A stretch of 64,000 nt of DNA from Clostridia bacterium (GCA_035561095.1 DATMYE010000022.1:25426-89425); one strand, 5' to 3'; shown: positions 38,019-47,192, counted from the first letter of the stretch. A program made the numbers and translations. Notes: generated by a model not told the origin, from the letters alone.

Positions 38019-39314
38019 ATGACCCAGCAGCGCGTGTGCATTATCGGCGCGGGACTTGCCGGATGCGAGGCAGCCTACCAGCTTGCTCTCCGCGGCATCC
38101 CTGTCGATCTATATGAAATGAAACCAAACAAAATGTCCCCGGCTCATCACAGCGGGGACTTTTGTGAATTGGTCTGCAGCAACTCCCTGCGTTCCGATCG
38201 GATCGAAAATGCCGTGGGGCTCCTCAAGGCGGAGCTGCGCGAGCTCGGCTCGCTCGTGCTCCGCGTGGCGGATGAAACGCGCGTGCCCGCGGGCGGCGCG
38301 CTCGCGGTCGACCGCGAGGGTTTCTCCGCGCGGGTCAGCGAGATCATCCGCTCGCATCCGCTCATCACCGTCCACAGCGAAGAAGTGACACATGTGCCGG
38401 AATCACCCGCGATCATCGCCACAGGCCCGCTCACCAGCGACGCATTGGCGGAGGACATTGCGCGGCTGACCGGAGAACCGCTGCACTTTTTCGACGCGGC
38501 GGCACCGATTGTCACGCTCGATTCGCTCGACATGACGAAGGTGTTCCGCGCCTCGCGCTACGACAGAGGCGACGACTACCTCAACTGCCCGATGACGAAG
38601 GAAGAATACGAGACGTTCTACCGCGCGTTGATTTCGGCGGAGACTGCCGAACTGCACGTCTTCGAAACGCCGCGTGTGTTTGAGGGCTGCATGCCCGTCG
38701 AGGTCATGGCAAAGCGCGGGGAGCAGACGCTCTGCTTCGGCCCACTCAAGCCTGTTGGGTTGGAGGTGGACGGCAAGGAACCGTATGCCGTCGTGCAGCT
38801 GCGTCAGGACGACAAGGATGGAAGGCTGTTTAACCTCGTGGGCTTCCAGACGAATCTGAAGTTTGCCGAACAGCGGCGGGTGTTTGGGCTCATCCCCGGG
38901 CTGGAGCATGCGGAGTATGCGCGATACGGCGTGATGCACCGCAACACGTTCCTCAACTCGCCGAAGCTGCTGGATCATAATTATCAGATGCGAACGGTGT
39001 CCGGCCTCTATTTTGCGGGGCAGATGACCGGCGTAGAGGGCTATGTCGAGAGCGCGTCCAGCGGCTTTGTCGCGGCGGTTTCGCTCGCGCGGCAGTTGAC
39101 CGACAAGCCCGCGATCGACTTTACCGCAAAGACCGCGATCGGCTCGCTGGGACACTATGTTGCGGAATACGCAGGTGGCGACTTCCAGCCGATGAACGTC
39201 ACCTTCGGCATCATGGAGAGCATCCCGGAGCGCATCCGCAAGAAAGCGCTGCGCTACGCGAAGGTCGCCGAGCGCGCGCTGGAGACGATAGAATCCCTTC
39301 GGGCAGAGCTGTAA
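38019..39314 (+). CDS. trmFO: methylenetetrahydrofolate--tRNA-(uracil54-C5)-methyltransferase
   Basis: VCIIGAGLAGCEAAYQLA FAD motif. Conserved topA-trmFO(gid)-hslVU order. Confidence 0.9.
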   Translation: MTQQRVCIIGAGLAGCEAAYQLALRGIPVDLYEMKPNKMSPAHHSGDFCELVCSNSLRSDRIENAVGLLKAELRELGSLVLRVADETRVPAGGALAVDREGFSARVSEIIRSHPLITVHSEEVTHVPESPAIIATGPLTSDALAEDIARLTGEPLHFFDAAAPIVTLDSLDMTKVFRASRYDRGDDYLNCPMTKEEYETFYRALISAETAELHVFETPRVFEGCMPVEVMAKRGEQTLCFGPLKPVGLEVDGKEPYAVVQLRQDDKDGRLFNLVGFQTNLKFAEQRRVFGLIPGLEHAEYARYGVMHRNTFLNSPKLLDHNYQMRTVSGLYFAGQMTGVEGYVESASSGFVAAVSLARQLTDKPAIDFTAKTAIGSLGHYVAEYAGGDFQPMNVTFGIMESIPERIRKKALRYAKVAERALETIESLRAEL

Positions 39315-39395
39315 GGCTGACTGCGTCCATCAACTTCGTCAAGAAATCTTTAATGATAGAAAAATCGTGAAAGAATTGAAAACGAATACACGAAT

Positions 39396-39417
39396 GCGGG
39401 CGAATGCGCCCGCTTTG
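39396..39417 (+). terminator. possible terminator after trmFO
   Basis: GCGGGCG-AATG-CGCCCGC hairpin followed by only TTTG, a weak U tract. Confidence 0.35.
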
Positions 39418-39491
39418 TGCTAGTATGGTATTCAGGTAGAATCTACCTGCCCGCGGAAACCCGCAGGCGAAGACATAGGAGGATAACCTGA

Positions 39492-40025
39492 TTGGAACTC
39501 AGGGGTACGACGATAATCGCTGTTCGCAAGGACGGCAAAATTGCGGTCGCCGGCGATGGCCAGGTGACCATGAGCGAGTCCGTTATCATGAAAGCGACGG
39601 CAAAAAAAGTGCGCAGGCTCTATCACGATCAGGTCGTGGTGGGCTTTGCGGGATCGGTCGCGGATGCGTTCTCGCTCTGCGAGCGATTTGAAAAGAAACT
39701 GGAACAATTCAGCGGAAACCTGACCCGCGCGGCGGTTTCGCTCGCGCAGGACTGGAGAAGCGACAAGATCATGCATAAGCTGGAGGCGCTTCTGATCGTC
39801 GCCAACAAAGAGGATCTTTTGATCGTCTCCGGCACGGGCGAGGTAATCGATCCCGACGACGGCATCGCGGCCATCGGCTCCGGCGGCATGTACGCGCTTG
39901 CCGCGGCGAAGGCGCTGAAGTCCAACACGGATCTTTCTGCTGTAGAGGTCGCCGAAAAGGCGCTCCGCATTGCGGGCGATATCTGCGTGTTCACCAACGG
40001 CAACATCACGGTGGAGGAGGTATAA
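39492..40025 (+). CDS. hslV: ATP-dependent protease subunit HslV
   Basis: TTG start 8 nt after AGGAGGA. ...[22 protein letters not shown]... is the N-terminal Thr protease signature. Confidence 0.9.
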   Translation: MELRGTTIIAVRKDGKIAVAGDGQVTMSESVIMKATAKKVRRLYHDQVVVGFAGSVADAFSLCERFEKKLEQFSGNLTRAAVSLAQDWRSDKIMHKLEALLIVANKEDLLIVSGTGEVIDPDDGIAAIGSGGMYALAAAKALKSNTDLSAVEVAEKALRIAGDICVFTNGNITVEEV

Positions 40026-40029
40026 GCAT

Positions 40030-41418
40030 ATGCAACTCACACCGAGAGAGATCGTTGACGCGCTGGATAAATACATCATCGGTCAGGATCGCGCCAAGCG
40101 CGCGGTCGCCGTTGCGCTTAGAAACCGCTACCGCAGAAGTCAGCTTTCGGACGAGCTCCGCGAGGAGATCACGCCCAAGAACATCATTATGATCGGGCCT
40201 ACGGGCGTCGGCAAAACAGAGATCGCACGCAGGCTCGCAAAGCTTGTGGACGCGCCCTTTGTCAAGGTTGAAGCCACGAAATACACCGAGGTCGGCTATG
40301 TCGGGCGCGACGTGGAGAGCATGGTGCGCGATCTGGTGGAAGCCGCCATCCGCATCTGCATGAATCGCCGGATGGAGGATGTCCGCATGGTAGCGGAAGC
40401 CGCAGCGGAGCAGACATTGGCGGAACTGCTGCTGCCCGGCGTGAAGAAACGAGAGCACAAGCAGCAGAACCCGCTCCAAATTCTGCTCGGCGCGGGACAA
40501 AACCAGCCCAGTGATCCGGAACCCACCGAGGAGGAGAAGGCCAAGCGCTACACCGAGCGCGAGCGCGTGCTCGCCGAGCTTCGCGCGGGCAGACTCGAGC
40601 AAGAAATGGTCGAGATTGAGGTCGAGGAGCAGGGCGGCAAAAACGACGCGATGTTCGCGGCCGGCATCGACCTGAACATCGGCGAGATGTTCGGCGACTT
40701 CCTGCCCAAGAAGACCAAGCGCAGAAAGCTGCCCGTCAAGGAAGCGCGAAGGGTCATCATCCAGCAGGAGAGCGAGAAGCGGATCGACATGGACGACGTT
40801 CACCGCGAGGCCCTGGAGCGCGCGGAGCAGGACGGCATCATCTTCATCGACGAAATCGACAAGATCGCGGGCGCAGAGAGGATGGGCGGACCCGATGTCT
40901 CGCGCGAAGGCGTGCAGCGGGATATTCTGCCGATCGTCGAAGGCAGCGTAGTCTCGACGAAATACGGCCCCGTCAAGACGGACTATATGCTCTTTATCGC
41001 GGCGGGCGCGTTCCATACGGCGAAGGTCAGCGACCTGATTCCGGAGCTGCAGGGACGATTCCCGATCCGCGTGAAGCTCGACGCGCTCACGCAGGAGGAC
41101 TTTGAGAAGATCCTCACCCAGCCCGAAAACGCGGTGACGAAGCAGTATACCGCGCTGCTTTCGGCGGACAAGGTGAAGCTGAGCTTTTCGAAGGATGCGC
41201 TGCGCGAGATCGCGAAATTTGCGTATCTCTCCAACGAGAATACCGAGAACATCGGCGCGCGCAGATTACACACCGTCATGGAAAACCTGCTCGACGACAT
41301 CTCCTTCAACGCCAACGGACAGCACCCGGAGATCGAGCTGAATATCGACGCGGAATATGTGGACGAGCACCTCGGCGAAGAATTCCACGAGGACGACATC
41401 CACAAATACATTCTCTGA
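40030..41418 (+). CDS. hslU: ATP-dependent protease ATPase subunit HslU
   Basis: MQLTPREIVDALDKYIIGQDRAKRAVAVALRNRYRR, GPTGVGKTEIARRLA and IIFIDEIDKI. Confidence 0.95.
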   Translation: MQLTPREIVDALDKYIIGQDRAKRAVAVALRNRYRRSQLSDELREEITPKNIIMIGPTGVGKTEIARRLAKLVDAPFVKVEATKYTEVGYVGRDVESMVRDLVEAAIRICMNRRMEDVRMVAEAAAEQTLAELLLPGVKKREHKQQNPLQILLGAGQNQPSDPEPTEEEKAKRYTERERVLAELRAGRLEQEMVEIEVEEQGGKNDAMFAAGIDLNIGEMFGDFLPKKTKRRKLPVKEARRVIIQQESEKRIDMDDVHREALERAEQDGIIFIDEIDKIAGAERMGGPDVSREGVQRDILPIVEGSVVSTKYGPVKTDYMLFIAAGAFHTAKVSDLIPELQGRFPIRVKLDALTQEDFEKILTQPENAVTKQYTALLSADKVKLSFSKDALREIAKFAYLSNENTENIGARRLHTVMENLLDDISFNANGQHPEIELNIDAEYVDEHLGEEFHEDDIHKYIL

Positions 41419-41477
41419 TCCGATCGGCGGGAGCAATCCTGCATGCGATCCATCCTGCATCAAAGGAACGAAGGTAT

Positions 41478-42434
41478 TTGCTGAAACGATTTGCGAAAAC
41501 AACGCTGCTTCTGATTCTGACCGCCGCGCTCAGCCCGATGCTCATCGGCTGCCAACCCGCGGCGGCGCAGAGGATGGAGATTGCGCTCGCAACGCCGACG
41601 CTGATGCCGGAAGTGATCAAGATTCAGGAAGGCGAAGCGGCCGATCAGCCGGTCTACGAGGTCTCCGTGCTCTCTCCTTATAAGGGAACACTGCAACCGG
41701 ATGGTACGTTTCTGACCGAGGACGGCCAGCGGCTGCCGGTGCTAGATCTCGTCGATCCCACGCCGACCATACCGCTGACGCCGACGCCGGTGCCGACCGC
41801 ACCGCCGCCGACGCCAACGCCCAAGCCAACCGCGACGCCGACGGCAACACCGACCCCGACCGAGGAGCCGGAGCCAACGGCGAAGGCTGAAACGAGAACC
41901 GCAACGCCGAAGCCCACCGCAAAACCCACCGCAACGCCGAAACCGACCGCGACCGTTGCGCCGGACTCGACGTTTGTGATCACACCCGCGCCGACCGCAA
42001 CGCCGATGGTTACAAACGCGCCGACCGCAACACCCGTGCAGACCTCCTCGCAGGAGCTGCCGAACGTCAGCGGCGCGTACAGCGGGGAAGACATCCTGCT
42101 TGCCGCGCGCGTTGCGTATTTTGAATCCGGCAGGTCGGAGGAGGGATACCGCGCGGTGCTGTGCGTGATTCTCAACCGCGTGGAGTCGAGCAAGTGGCCG
42201 AACAACGTCTATGACGTCGTGTATCAGAAGAGCCAGTTTTCGGTGATCGGCAGAAGCGATTTTCTGACCAAGACGATACCCGATAGCGTGATCGGCTACG
42301 CGAACGACGTCTTCAACAACGGCAACCGACTGCTTTCTACCAACGTGATGTCCTTCCGCAGCGCGACGACGGACAAGGTCTGGGGTTCGCGCACCTATTA
42401 CGGTACTTACGGCGGAAATGACTTTTACGGTTGA
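41478..42434 (+). CDS. lipoprotein with Pro/Thr-rich linker and SleB-like cell-wall hydrolase domain
   Basis: TTG start. Lipobox LIGC in MLKRFAKTTLLLILTAALSPMLIGC. PT-rich linker. C-terminus LLAARVAYFESGRS...AVLCVILNRV...VVYQKSQFS matches the Hydrolase_2/SleB family. Confidence 0.7.
   Translation: MLKRFAKTTLLLILTAALSPMLIGCQPAAAQRMEIALATPTLMPEVIKIQEGEAADQPVYEVSVLSPYKGTLQPDGTFLTEDGQRLPVLDLVDPTPTIPLTPTPVPTAPPPTPTPKPTATPTATPTPTEEPEPTAKAETRTATPKPTAKPTATPKPTATVAPDSTFVITPAPTATPMVTNAPTATPVQTSSQELPNVSGAYSGEDILLAARVAYFESGRSEEGYRAVLCVILNRVESSKWPNNVYDVVYQKSQFSVIGRSDFLTKTIPDSVIGYANDVFNNGNRLLSTNVMSFRSATTDKVWGSRTYYGTYGGNDFYG
41757..42040 (+). repeat. low-complexity Pro/Thr(Ala/Lys)-coding repeat tract inside the SleB-like gene
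   Basis: Reiterated ACNCCN/CCGACC units encode TPTPVPTAPPPTPTPKPTATPTATPTPT...TATPKPTAKPTATPKPTAT. 41901-41960 is an imperfect 30-nt tandem duplication. Confidence 0.8.
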
Positions 42435-42525
42435 TGCAGGGGATCGAAAAATTCGAATCAAACGCGCATCGATCCAAATTCGGGATTGGAGCGCGGACAA
42501 AAATACACTATACTCTTACTTGTGA

Positions 42526-42556
42526 GCAAAGAACCGCGCTGCGGTTTCTTTGTGTG
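42526..42556 (+). terminator. rho-independent terminator after the SleB-like gene
   Basis: GCAAAGAACCGC-GCT-GCGGTTTCTTTG stem (one bulge) running into TTTCTTTGTGTG. Confidence 0.65.
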
Positions 42557-42600
42557 TCAGCTTGCTTGTAACGGCGGGCGATTGCTGCGCCGTGGATAAC

Positions 42601-42664
42601 GGGACGAAAACAGGGATACAAAGGGAATACAAAGGGAATACAAAAAGAAAATTGGGGAAACAAA
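42601..42664 (+). repeat. GGGA-N-ACAAA tandem units in the rnj 5' leader
   Basis: GGGACGAAAACA, GGGATACAAA (42613), GGGAATACAAA (42623), GGGAATACAAA (42634), then GGGGAAACAAA (42654) abutting ATG 42665. Confidence 0.85.
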
Positions 42665-44311
42665 ATGGCAAATAAACTGAAGATTATACCGCTCGGCGGC
42701 GTCGGCGAGATCGGGAAAAACATGACCGTGGTGGAATACAACAACGATATCGTTGTGGTTGACTGCGGACTCATCTTTCCGGATGAGGAGATGCCCGGCA
42801 TCGACATCGTGATTCCGGACATGGAATATCTGCGCGAGAACCGTGCAAAACTCAAGGGCTTTTTGATCACGCACGGACATGAGGATCACATCGGTGCGCT
42901 GCCGTATGCGCTCAAGGAGTTTGACGTGCCGGTGTTCGGCACCGCGTTTACGATCGCGCTCATCGAGCACAAGCTGGAGGAGGCGCGCGTTTCGAACAAG
43001 AAGCTCACCGTCGTCAAGCCCGGCGATCACATCGACCTCGGCTGCTTCAAGGTCGAGTTCATCAAGACCGGACACTCCATCGCGGGTGCGGTCGCGCTCG
43101 CGATCAATACGCCCATCGGCACTGTGATCCATACGGGTGACTTTAAGGTGGACTTTACGCCCATCGACTGCGAGCCCATCGACATCAATCGCTTTGCCTA
43201 CTATGGCTCCCGCGGCGTGCTCGCGCTGATGAGCGACAGCACAAACATCGAGCGCGCGGGCTATACGCAGAGCGAAAAAGAGATCGGCAAGACGTTTGAG
43301 CACTATTTCGACGTAGCCGAGGGGCGCATCATCGTCGCCTCGTTTGCAAGCAACGTCTACCGCATCCAGCAGGTTGCGGATGTGGCGATCAGCCACGGGC
43401 GCGTGCTCTGCTTCCAGGGAAGGAGCATGGAGCAGGTGGTGCAGATCGCGATGCGGCTTGGCTACCTCAAGATTCCGCCGGAAAGCATCGTCAAGGTCGA
43501 CCAGCTCAAGCGCTACCGCGATGATCAGGTCACTGTCATTACGACCGGCAGCCAGGGCGAGCCCATGAGCGGGCTCTTCCGCATGGCGACCGCGACGCAC
43601 CGCCTGAACATCGGCAAGGGCGACACTGTGATTATCTCCGCGTCCGCGATTCCCGGCAACGAGCGCGGCGTTTCCCGCGTCATCAACCAGCTCTATCAAA
43701 AGGGCGCAGTCGTGGTCTATGACCGCATGGCGGACGTGCACGTTTCCGGCCACGGCTTCCGCGAGGAGCTAAGGCTCATGATGGAGCTCACCAAACCGCA
43801 ATATTTCATACCCGTCCACGGCGAATACCGGCATCTCTACATGCACGGTCAGCTCGCGCAGGAGATGGGCATTTTACCCGAGAACATCTTCGTCACCGAA
43901 TGCGGAGACGTGGTGGAGCTCACGGTCAAAAAGGGCAGGCAGGTCGAGAACGTGCCCAACGGCAGCGTGATGGTCGACGGCATCGGCGATATCGACGACA
44001 TCGTGCTCAAGGACAGAAAGACCCTCTCGCAGGACGGCCTCGTGGTCGCGGTGCTGACCATCGACAGCGAGACCGGGCGCATGGTTGCAGCCCCGGAGAT
44101 CGTCTCCCGCGGGTTTGTGTATATGCGTGACAGTGAGGAACTGATTGCGGACACCAAGGCGCTGTTGATCAAGGAGACGCGGAAGTTTGAGGGTGCGGAT
44201 CGCAGCGATTACGCGAACATCAAGGCGGGCGTCAAGAATGCGCTCAAGGCGTTCCTCAAGAGCCGCACCAAGCGCACGCCGATGATCATGCCCATCATCA
44301 TCGAGATCTGA
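42665..44311 (+). CDS. rnj: ribonuclease J
   Basis: LKIIPLGGVGEIGKNM..., metallo-beta-lactamase HGHEDHIGALPY, then beta-CASP and C-terminal domains. Confidence 0.9.
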   Translation: MANKLKIIPLGGVGEIGKNMTVVEYNNDIVVVDCGLIFPDEEMPGIDIVIPDMEYLRENRAKLKGFLITHGHEDHIGALPYALKEFDVPVFGTAFTIALIEHKLEEARVSNKKLTVVKPGDHIDLGCFKVEFIKTGHSIAGAVALAINTPIGTVIHTGDFKVDFTPIDCEPIDINRFAYYGSRGVLALMSDSTNIERAGYTQSEKEIGKTFEHYFDVAEGRIIVASFASNVYRIQQVADVAISHGRVLCFQGRSMEQVVQIAMRLGYLKIPPESIVKVDQLKRYRDDQVTVITTGSQGEPMSGLFRMATATHRLNIGKGDTVIISASAIPGNERGVSRVINQLYQKGAVVVYDRMADVHVSGHGFREELRLMMELTKPQYFIPVHGEYRHLYMHGQLAQEMGILPENIFVTECGDVVELTVKKGRQVENVPNGSVMVDGIGDIDDIVLKDRKTLSQDGLVVAVLTIDSETGRMVAAPEIVSRGFVYMRDSEELIADTKALLIKETRKFEGADRSDYANIKAGVKNALKAFLKSRTKRTPMIMPIIIEI

Positions 44312-44346
44312 CGAACAACGCCGCAAATAATCGTTAAGGGGACACT

Positions 44347-44688
44347 ATGGTTTACGACACCGCAAAACTGCTTGCCAACGAACTCAAGAACAGCGCGGAA
44401 TTCCGCGAATACAACGCCGTGAAGGTGCGTGCTATGGAGAATAAGACCACGCGCGCGCTGATTGACGAATACAGCAAGCTCCAGATTCAGGCGCAGGCCG
44501 CGATGATTGCAGGGGACAAGGACAGCGAGGCGCTCAAGAAGCTCCAGAAGATCGGCGAGCTGTTACAATTCGATGCGGACGCTTCCGCCTACCTGATGGC
44601 GGAATTCCGCCTGAAGCGCATGGTGGGCGACGTCTACAAGATTCTCGCGGAAGCCGTGGATATCGACCTCGGCGCGCTGGAATCGTAA
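44347..44688 (+). CDS. YlbF/YmcA family protein
   Basis: AKLLANELKNSAEFREYNAVK...LIDEYSKLQIQAQ... is helical and YlbF-like. Confidence 0.7.
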   Translation: MVYDTAKLLANELKNSAEFREYNAVKVRAMENKTTRALIDEYSKLQIQAQAAMIAGDKDSEALKKLQKIGELLQFDADASAYLMAEFRLKRMVGDVYKILAEAVDIDLGALES

Positions 44689-44731
44689 CGATTGCGCGAA
44701 ACCTAGGAAGAAACAGGAAAAGATTTGATCT

Positions 44732-45889
44732 ATGAGTGAAAGACCGGAAAAGAAACTCACGAGAAAACAGAAACGCATGCGCAGGCTCTGGATGAACGTC
44801 CGCCCGATGGTGGTGATGCTCATCAGCCTCGTGGTGGTGTTCTTTCTCGCGCGGGTGACGGTGAACTACGTGCTCTCAAAATACGTCGAGCCGGTTGACC
44901 GAAACGACGCGACGCCCATCGAGGTGACGATTCCCGCATCCTCGTCCGCAAGCAGCATCGCACGCATTCTCTACGGCGCGTGCGGCTATGACAAGGACGG
45001 GCTGATCTCCAGCACGGCTGCGTTTAAGGTGTATGTCGACTTCGTCGGCAAGGCGAACAGCCTCAAGGCGGGCACGTATGTGCTGAGCAAGAACATGAGC
45101 ATCAAGCAGATCGTGGAGACGCTCTGCGAGGGCAACCCCGCAAAGGCTACGGTGAAGTTTACGATTCCGGAAGGCTACACGATCCAAAACATCGCAAAGG
45201 TGCTGCTGGAGAAGGGGCTGATTCAGAACGAGGACCAGCTTTACGTCGCGGCGCGCACGGGCGAGGCATTTGCAAACTTCGCGTTCATCGCGGACGCGGG
45301 CGCAACGCCGAACGCGACCTCGCGTTCCTACGTGCTGGAAGGGTATCTCTTCCCGGATACGTATGAGGTCTATGCCGACGCAAGCGTGGAGACCATCCTC
45401 ATCAAGATGCTCAACCGTTTCAACGAGGTGTATTCGGAGGACTACGTCACGCGCGCGCAGCAGCTCGGCATGACGATGGATCAGGTGATCACGCTTGCTT
45501 CGCTGATCGAGCGCGAGGCGGCGGCGCCGGACGATTTTGCGAAGGTCTCCGCAGTGTTCCACAACCGTCTGAATCAGGATATGCCGCTGCAGAGCTGCGC
45601 GAGCCTTTCCTACGCGCTGGGTGTGACGAAATACGTCTTCAACGCGACGGAGCAGGAGACGGAATCGCTCTACAACACCTATAAATTCAAGGGACTTCCG
45701 GTAGGCCCGGTCTGCAACCCCGGCAAGGCCGCGATCGAAGCCGCGCTCTATCCCAACGAGCAGTTCGTCTCCGACGGCTACCTCTTTTTCTGCAACCAGA
45801 ACCCGGCGGTCACCAGCGAGCTGGTGTTTGCAAAGACCTATGAGGAGCACGAACAGAACGTAGCGATGTTCCAGCAGTATTGGAGCTAA
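44732..45889 (+). CDS. mltG: endolytic murein transglycosylase MltG (YceG-like)
   Basis: N-terminal TM, then TIPEGYTIQNIAKVL, LEGYLFPDTYEV, ITLASLIEREA and YNTYKFKGLPVGPVCNPG motifs. Confidence 0.9.
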   Translation: MSERPEKKLTRKQKRMRRLWMNVRPMVVMLISLVVVFFLARVTVNYVLSKYVEPVDRNDATPIEVTIPASSSASSIARILYGACGYDKDGLISSTAAFKVYVDFVGKANSLKAGTYVLSKNMSIKQIVETLCEGNPAKATVKFTIPEGYTIQNIAKVLLEKGLIQNEDQLYVAARTGEAFANFAFIADAGATPNATSRSYVLEGYLFPDTYEVYADASVETILIKMLNRFNEVYSEDYVTRAQQLGMTMDQVITLASLIEREAAAPDDFAKVSAVFHNRLNQDMPLQSCASLSYALGVTKYVFNATEQETESLYNTYKFKGLPVGPVCNPGKAAIEAALYPNEQFVSDGYLFFCNQNPAVTSELVFAKTYEEHEQNVAMFQQYWS

Positions 45890-45904
45890 AAAGACCAGAT
45901 TACG

Positions 45905-45937
45905 AACTCCGGCGGATCACTCTGCCGGAGTTTTTCT
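45905..45937 (+). terminator. rho-independent terminator after mltG
   Basis: AACTCCGGC...GCCGGAGTT stem followed by TTTT. Confidence 0.8.
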
Positions 45938-45986
45938 GTCCCGGTGGGGAAAGACCGACAAAGTGTTGCGGAAACGATCATTTTTA

Positions 45987-46015
45987 TTGCCCGGTAAACA
46001 CATCTGTGGTAGAAT
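45987..46015 (+). promoter_or_regulatory. sigma-A-type promoter for pepP (extended -10), positioned for a near-leaderless transcript
   Basis: TTGCCC (45987-45992), 17-nt spacer ending in TGG, TAGAAT (46010-46015). ATG at 46024, only 8 nt past the -10. Confidence 0.5.
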
Positions 46016-46023
46016 AACTCCGT

Positions 46024-47091
46024 ATGAAACAGAGAATTGAAGCATTACGCGAAAACATGAGAAAAGCGTCGCTTGACGCTGCGGTCGTAACCAGTGGCGT
46101 CAACATTCGCTACTATTCGGGATTCACCAGTTCGGAAGCGATCTTTCTCGTCACACACAAAAACACCTATCTTGTGACCGATTTCCGCTACACCATCCAA
46201 GCCAACGCCCAGACGATGGGCCTTTGCGAGGTTGTGGAAGCGTCGTTCTCGGAACAGCTCAACCGCATTCGGGATTTCCTCACGCAGGACGGCTGCAAAC
46301 GCGCCGGATTTGAAGAGGATGTGCTCAGCGTGGGCGAGTTCCGCAAGTATGAGGCAATGCCCGTTAGCTGGGTTTCGTTCGGTACGGAGATTTCCGCACC
46401 GCGTCTGTATAAAGGCACGGAAGAAGTCGCAAACCTGCAGGCGGCGCAGCGCATCGCGGACAAGTCGTTCCTCGAATGGCTCGGCCGCATTGGCGCGGGC
46501 ATGACGGAGAAGGAAGCAGCCGCAGAGCTCAACTACGTCTGCGCGAAAAACGGAAGCGACGCGCCTTCGTTTGACCCGATCATTGCGGCGGGTTCCAACA
46601 GCGCGATGCCGCACGCGACGCCCGGCGAACGCAAACTGCAGAAGGGCGATCTGGTCACGGCGGACTTTGGTTGCATGATCAACGGATATCATTCCGACAT
46701 GACGCGCACCTTCGCCATCGGCAGCATCGATGCCGAGAGCAGGGAGATCTACGAGATCGTCAAAACCGCACAGCAGCTTTCCCTGAACGTACTCAAGAGC
46801 GGCATTTCCGGCAAGGAGCTGGACGCGGCTGCGCGCGACTATATCACGCAAAAGGGCTACGGCCCGCAGTTCGGCCACGGTACCGGCCACGGATTCGGAC
46901 TGGAGATTCATGAATCTCCGTATGCAAGAGCGCTGAGCACGGATATGCTGTATAGCGGCATGACCATCACCGTCGAGCCGGGCATCTATATCGAAGGCAA
47001 GTTCGGCGTACGCATTGAGGACTGCTGCGTGGTCACGGACGACGGCTGCATCAACCTCGTCAGCGTCACCAAGGAACTCATCACGATCTAA
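46024..47091 (+). CDS. pepP: M24 family Xaa-Pro aminopeptidase
   Basis: Creatinase-like N domain plus pita-bread fold with DFG...D...HGTGHGFGLEIHE...EPG...RIED metal ligands. Conserved pepP-efp pairing. Confidence 0.85.
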   Translation: MKQRIEALRENMRKASLDAAVVTSGVNIRYYSGFTSSEAIFLVTHKNTYLVTDFRYTIQANAQTMGLCEVVEASFSEQLNRIRDFLTQDGCKRAGFEEDVLSVGEFRKYEAMPVSWVSFGTEISAPRLYKGTEEVANLQAAQRIADKSFLEWLGRIGAGMTEKEAAAELNYVCAKNGSDAPSFDPIIAAGSNSAMPHATPGERKLQKGDLVTADFGCMINGYHSDMTRTFAIGSIDAESREIYEIVKTAQQLSLNVLKSGISGKELDAAARDYITQKGYGPQFGHGTGHGFGLEIHESPYARALSTDMLYSGMTITVEPGIYIEGKFGVRIEDCCVVTDDGCINLVSVTKELITI

Positions 47092-47140
47092 GATGCCGCG
47101 CGGGCGAACCAAACAGAATGATTTAGCATCACAGATGCTG

Positions 47141-47176
47141 AAGAATATCAGAATACACGCAAGAGTATCAGAATAA
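47141..47176 (+). repeat. 15/16-nt direct repeat (20-nt period) upstream of efp
   Basis: AAGAATATCAGAATAC (47141-47156) and AAGAGTATCAGAATAA (47161-47176), ending 1 nt before the efp SD GGAGGA. Confidence 0.8.
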
Positions 47177-47192
47177 CGGAGGAAACAACCAA

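Noticed and set aside
42601-42664. Could the GGGAATACAAA tandem units be a mini CRISPR array or a satellite?
   Set aside because: The units are only 10-12 nt long and directly abutting, with no spacers. There are no cas genes. The last unit doubles as the rnj SD, so this is a leader element and not CRISPR.
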